Shown in pieces: positions 61,901 to 64,000 of a DNA stretch of 64,000 nucleotides. A model generated the notes under the pieces. The model saw nothing but the letters and a program-made list of their open reading frames with translations, made no database searches and had not been told where the DNA came from. Source of the DNA: a virus (Duplodnaviria; Caudoviricetes); IMG/VR virus record IMGVR_UViG_3300017780_001544, positions 2,497 through 66,496 of that record. One strand, given 5' to 3'. The translations under genes were made by a program, and so were the position numbers. Position 1 is the first letter of the stretch. Each line of letters starts with the position of its first letter.

Positions 61901-64000
61901 ATGACACAATTTGACCTCTTGAATGCTGTGCAACCGTCCTCTGGATGGTTTGCCGTGCTTGGTATCAAGGGAGTCGATAACACCAAACAGTACCTCGTGG
62001 AGACCCGCGAGGAAGTAGACGAAATCGCCGCTTTAATGGTGCAACAGAAGCGGAATGTTTTCTTCGGTGTAGCGAAGTACACTGATGGATCAGGCCGAAA
62101 AAAGAGCAACGTCAAAGCTATCAAGTCTTTCTGGCTGGACATCGACTGCGGACCTACCAAGGCAGTAGTAAACCCTAAAACCCAAAGGCCGGATGGTTAT
62201 ATCGACCAACCCACCGGCCTCGCCGCGTTGCAGAAGTTCTGCAGCACTATCGGCCTACCCAAACCCATCCTCGTCAATTCGGGGCGCGGGTTACACGTAT
62301 ACTGGCCGCTGACCGAAGAAGTGACTTGTGAGCAGTGGGAGCCTGTTGCTGCGCGACTGCGCGAACTCTGCCTAACCCATGACCTTTACGTCGATAATAG
62401 CGTGTTCGAGGTGTCGCGGGTACTACGTATACCGGATACTTATAACTATAAAGACGATCCGGCTAGCCTAGTATCTGTAATCCATGAGGGTAAGCCCACC
62501 CCCTTTGAGGTGTTCGTGACCTTACTGGGCGTCAAGATGCCCTCGACGGAGCCGCTGCCAGCTAAGCGTCCGCTCACTGCCCTTGGCAAAGCGTTACAGG
62601 AAAGCATCGGCAAAAGCTTTAAGCGCATCATGACGCGCAGCGCAAAGGGTGAGGGATGTCAGCAGCTTCTCGACTGCTACAAGAACCAGACCACTATCTC
62701 GGAGCCTCGGTGGTTCGACGCCCTGTCAGTAGCGAAGTTTTGCGACGACGCAGATAAGTCCATCCACCTACTGTCGGACCAGCATCCTGATTACGACCCC
62801 GGGAAAACGGTGCAAAAGATTGCTCACATCGAGCAGCCGCACAATTGCGCCACTTTTGAACGAAATAATCCCGGCGGCTGCGCGGGGTGCCCACACTTCG
62901 GGAAGATTAAGAACCCGATAACTTTAGGCATGATAGTTCCTCGCGCTACGGTTGCAGACCGCACGATGGAATTGCTCAACGAGCGCACAGGCGAAATGGA
63001 GGTGGTCACCATCCCAGAGTACCCCAAGCCGTTCTATCGCGGCAAAGAAGGCGGTATATGGCGGGAACCTTTTAAGGATGAGGGCGACCCAGTCTTTGTA
63101 TACCAGCACGACCTATATGTGGTGAAGCGTATGCACGACCCCGTGCAGCGTGATGTTGCCGTTGTTCGGCTGCACACACCCAGCGATGGCGTGAAAGAGG
63201 TTATCATCCCCAACAACAAGGTCACGGACAAGGCGGAGCTACGCAAAATCCTATCAGGCGAAGGCGTGATGGTTGGTTCAAAGCGTTTCGACCTTATCTG
63301 TGAGTACCTAATCTCCGCAATCGACACATTTCAATATGGACCAAAGGCAGAACTTATGAGACTCCAATTCGGCTGGGCTGACAACGACAGCAAATTTTTC
63401 ATTGGTGACAAGGAAGTCACCGCAGAGGGCGTGTTCTACAGCCCACCTTCATCAACCACGGAACAAATTGCCGCGCACATGGGCGCTGTGGGTTCGCTGG
63501 AAAAGTGGAAGGAAGTGTTCAACATCTACGGACGCGAAGGGCTTGAAGGTAATGCGTTTGCTGCGCTTACTGCCTTCGGTGCACCGCTGCTACGCTTCAC
63601 GGGCCAGAGCGGGGCTATCATCAACGTCATCCACCAGCACTCCGGCACGGGTAAGACCACCATCCTCCATATGTGCAACAGCGTCTGGGGCCACCCGAAG
63701 CATCTTTGCACGACCCCGCAGGACACGGTGAACGCCAGCATCATGCGCCTCGGCGTGTACAACAACCTGCCCTACACGGTGGACGAAGTGACCAACATGG
63801 CCCCACTGGCTTTCTCCGACTTCGCTTACGCAATGGCAAACGGTAAGGGCAAGGAGCGCATGGAGGCTAGCGGCAACAAGCTGCGCGTCAACAACACCCG
63901 CTGGCAGACAATCAGCCTTTGCTCCTCGAACGCATCCTTCTACGAAAAGCTGATTAAGGCGAAGGCTACGCCGGATGGCGAGATGATGCGTATGCTGGAG
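61901..64000 (+). CDS. Primase-helicase (AEP/RepB-like N-terminus, DUF927-like ATPase), >=700 aa, truncated at right edge
   Basis: Not in the track. SFWLDIDCG, NSGRGLHVYW, GCAGCPH, Walker A SGTGKTT, TVDEVTN. Open to base 64000 in the frames I checked. Confidence 0.88.
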   Translation, partial: MTQFDLLNAVQPSSGWFAVLGIKGVDNTKQYLVETREEVDEIAALMVQQKRNVFFGVAKYTDGSGRKKSNVKAIKSFWLDIDCGPTKAVVNPKTQRPDGYIDQPTGLAALQKFCSTIGLPKPILVNSGRGLHVYWPLTEEVTCEQWEPVAARLRELCLTHDLYVDNSVFEVSRVLRIPDTYNYKDDPASLVSVIHEGKPTPFEVFVTLLGVKMPSTEPLPAKRPLTALGKALQESIGKSFKRIMTRSAKGEGCQQLLDCYKNQTTISEPRWFDALSVAKFCDDADKSIHLLSDQHPDYDPGKTVQKIAHIEQPHNCATFERNNPGGCAGCPHFGKIKNPITLGMIVPRATVADRTMELLNERTGEMEVVTIPEYPKPFYRGKEGGIWREPFKDEGDPVFVYQHDLYVVKRMHDPVQRDVAVVRLHTPSDGVKEVIIPNNKVTDKAELRKILSGEGVMVGSKRFDLICEYLISAIDTFQYGPKAELMRLQFGWADNDSKFFIGDKEVTAEGVFYSPPSSTTEQIAAHMGAVGSLEKWKEVFNIYGREGLEGNAFAALTAFGAPLLRFTGQSGAIINVIHQHSGTGKTTILHMCNSVWGHPKHLCTTPQDTVNASIMRLGVYNNLPYTVDEVTNMAPLAFSDFAYAMANGKGKERMEASGNKLRVNNTRWQTISLCSSNASFYEKLIKAKATPDGEMMRMLE

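Noticed and set aside
1-64000. Stop-codon reassignment, introns/inteins, tRNAs, integrase
   Set aside because: Core genes (TerL, portal, MCP, Pol, helicase) are intact at normal length in the standard code. I recognised no cloverleaf or recombinase motif, though the genome is incomplete at both edges.

Overview
The window holds most of a ~57% GC tailed dsDNA phage genome of podovirus-like organisation, with two divergent arms. The minus-strand arm (41,421 to <1) is the late/virion module: TerS-like, TerL, long portal, GroES-like co-chaperonin, scaffold, Mu gpT-like major capsid protein, head accessory genes, small Lys/Met-rich proteins, adaptors, two fibre plus Gly-rich tip sets (one tip is a 1108-aa Gly-X-Y protein next to a 2OG-Fe(II) oxygenase), a GH19 lysis cassette, a P22 gp10-like hub and ejection proteins. 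It ends in a >=1737-aa protein with a zincin motif that runs off the left edge and is missing from the ORF track. The plus-strand arm (41,845 to >64,000) is the early/replication module: small unknown genes, AAA/vWA/DUF3150-like trio, VRR-NUC, family A DNA polymerase (Leu at the Pol I 762 position), methyltransferase, glycosyltransferase, PD-(D/E)XK nuclease, SNF2-like helicase, putative ssDNA-binding protein and a primase-helicase truncated at the right edge. I found no integrase, tRNA, CRISPR array or reverse transcriptase. The most striking unexplained signal is a 13-bp palindrome, CTAACA(A/T/G)TGTTAG, present 13 times and only between 41.7 and 51.1 kb, both inside and between genes, with spacing that widens away from the presumed genome end. 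Other highlights are the Gly-X-Y fibre/hydroxylase module, a recurring hydrophobic-x-x-Gly-Gly motif in seven late proteins, and duplicated glycosyltransferases. Family names come from motif recognition by eye, not from database searches.
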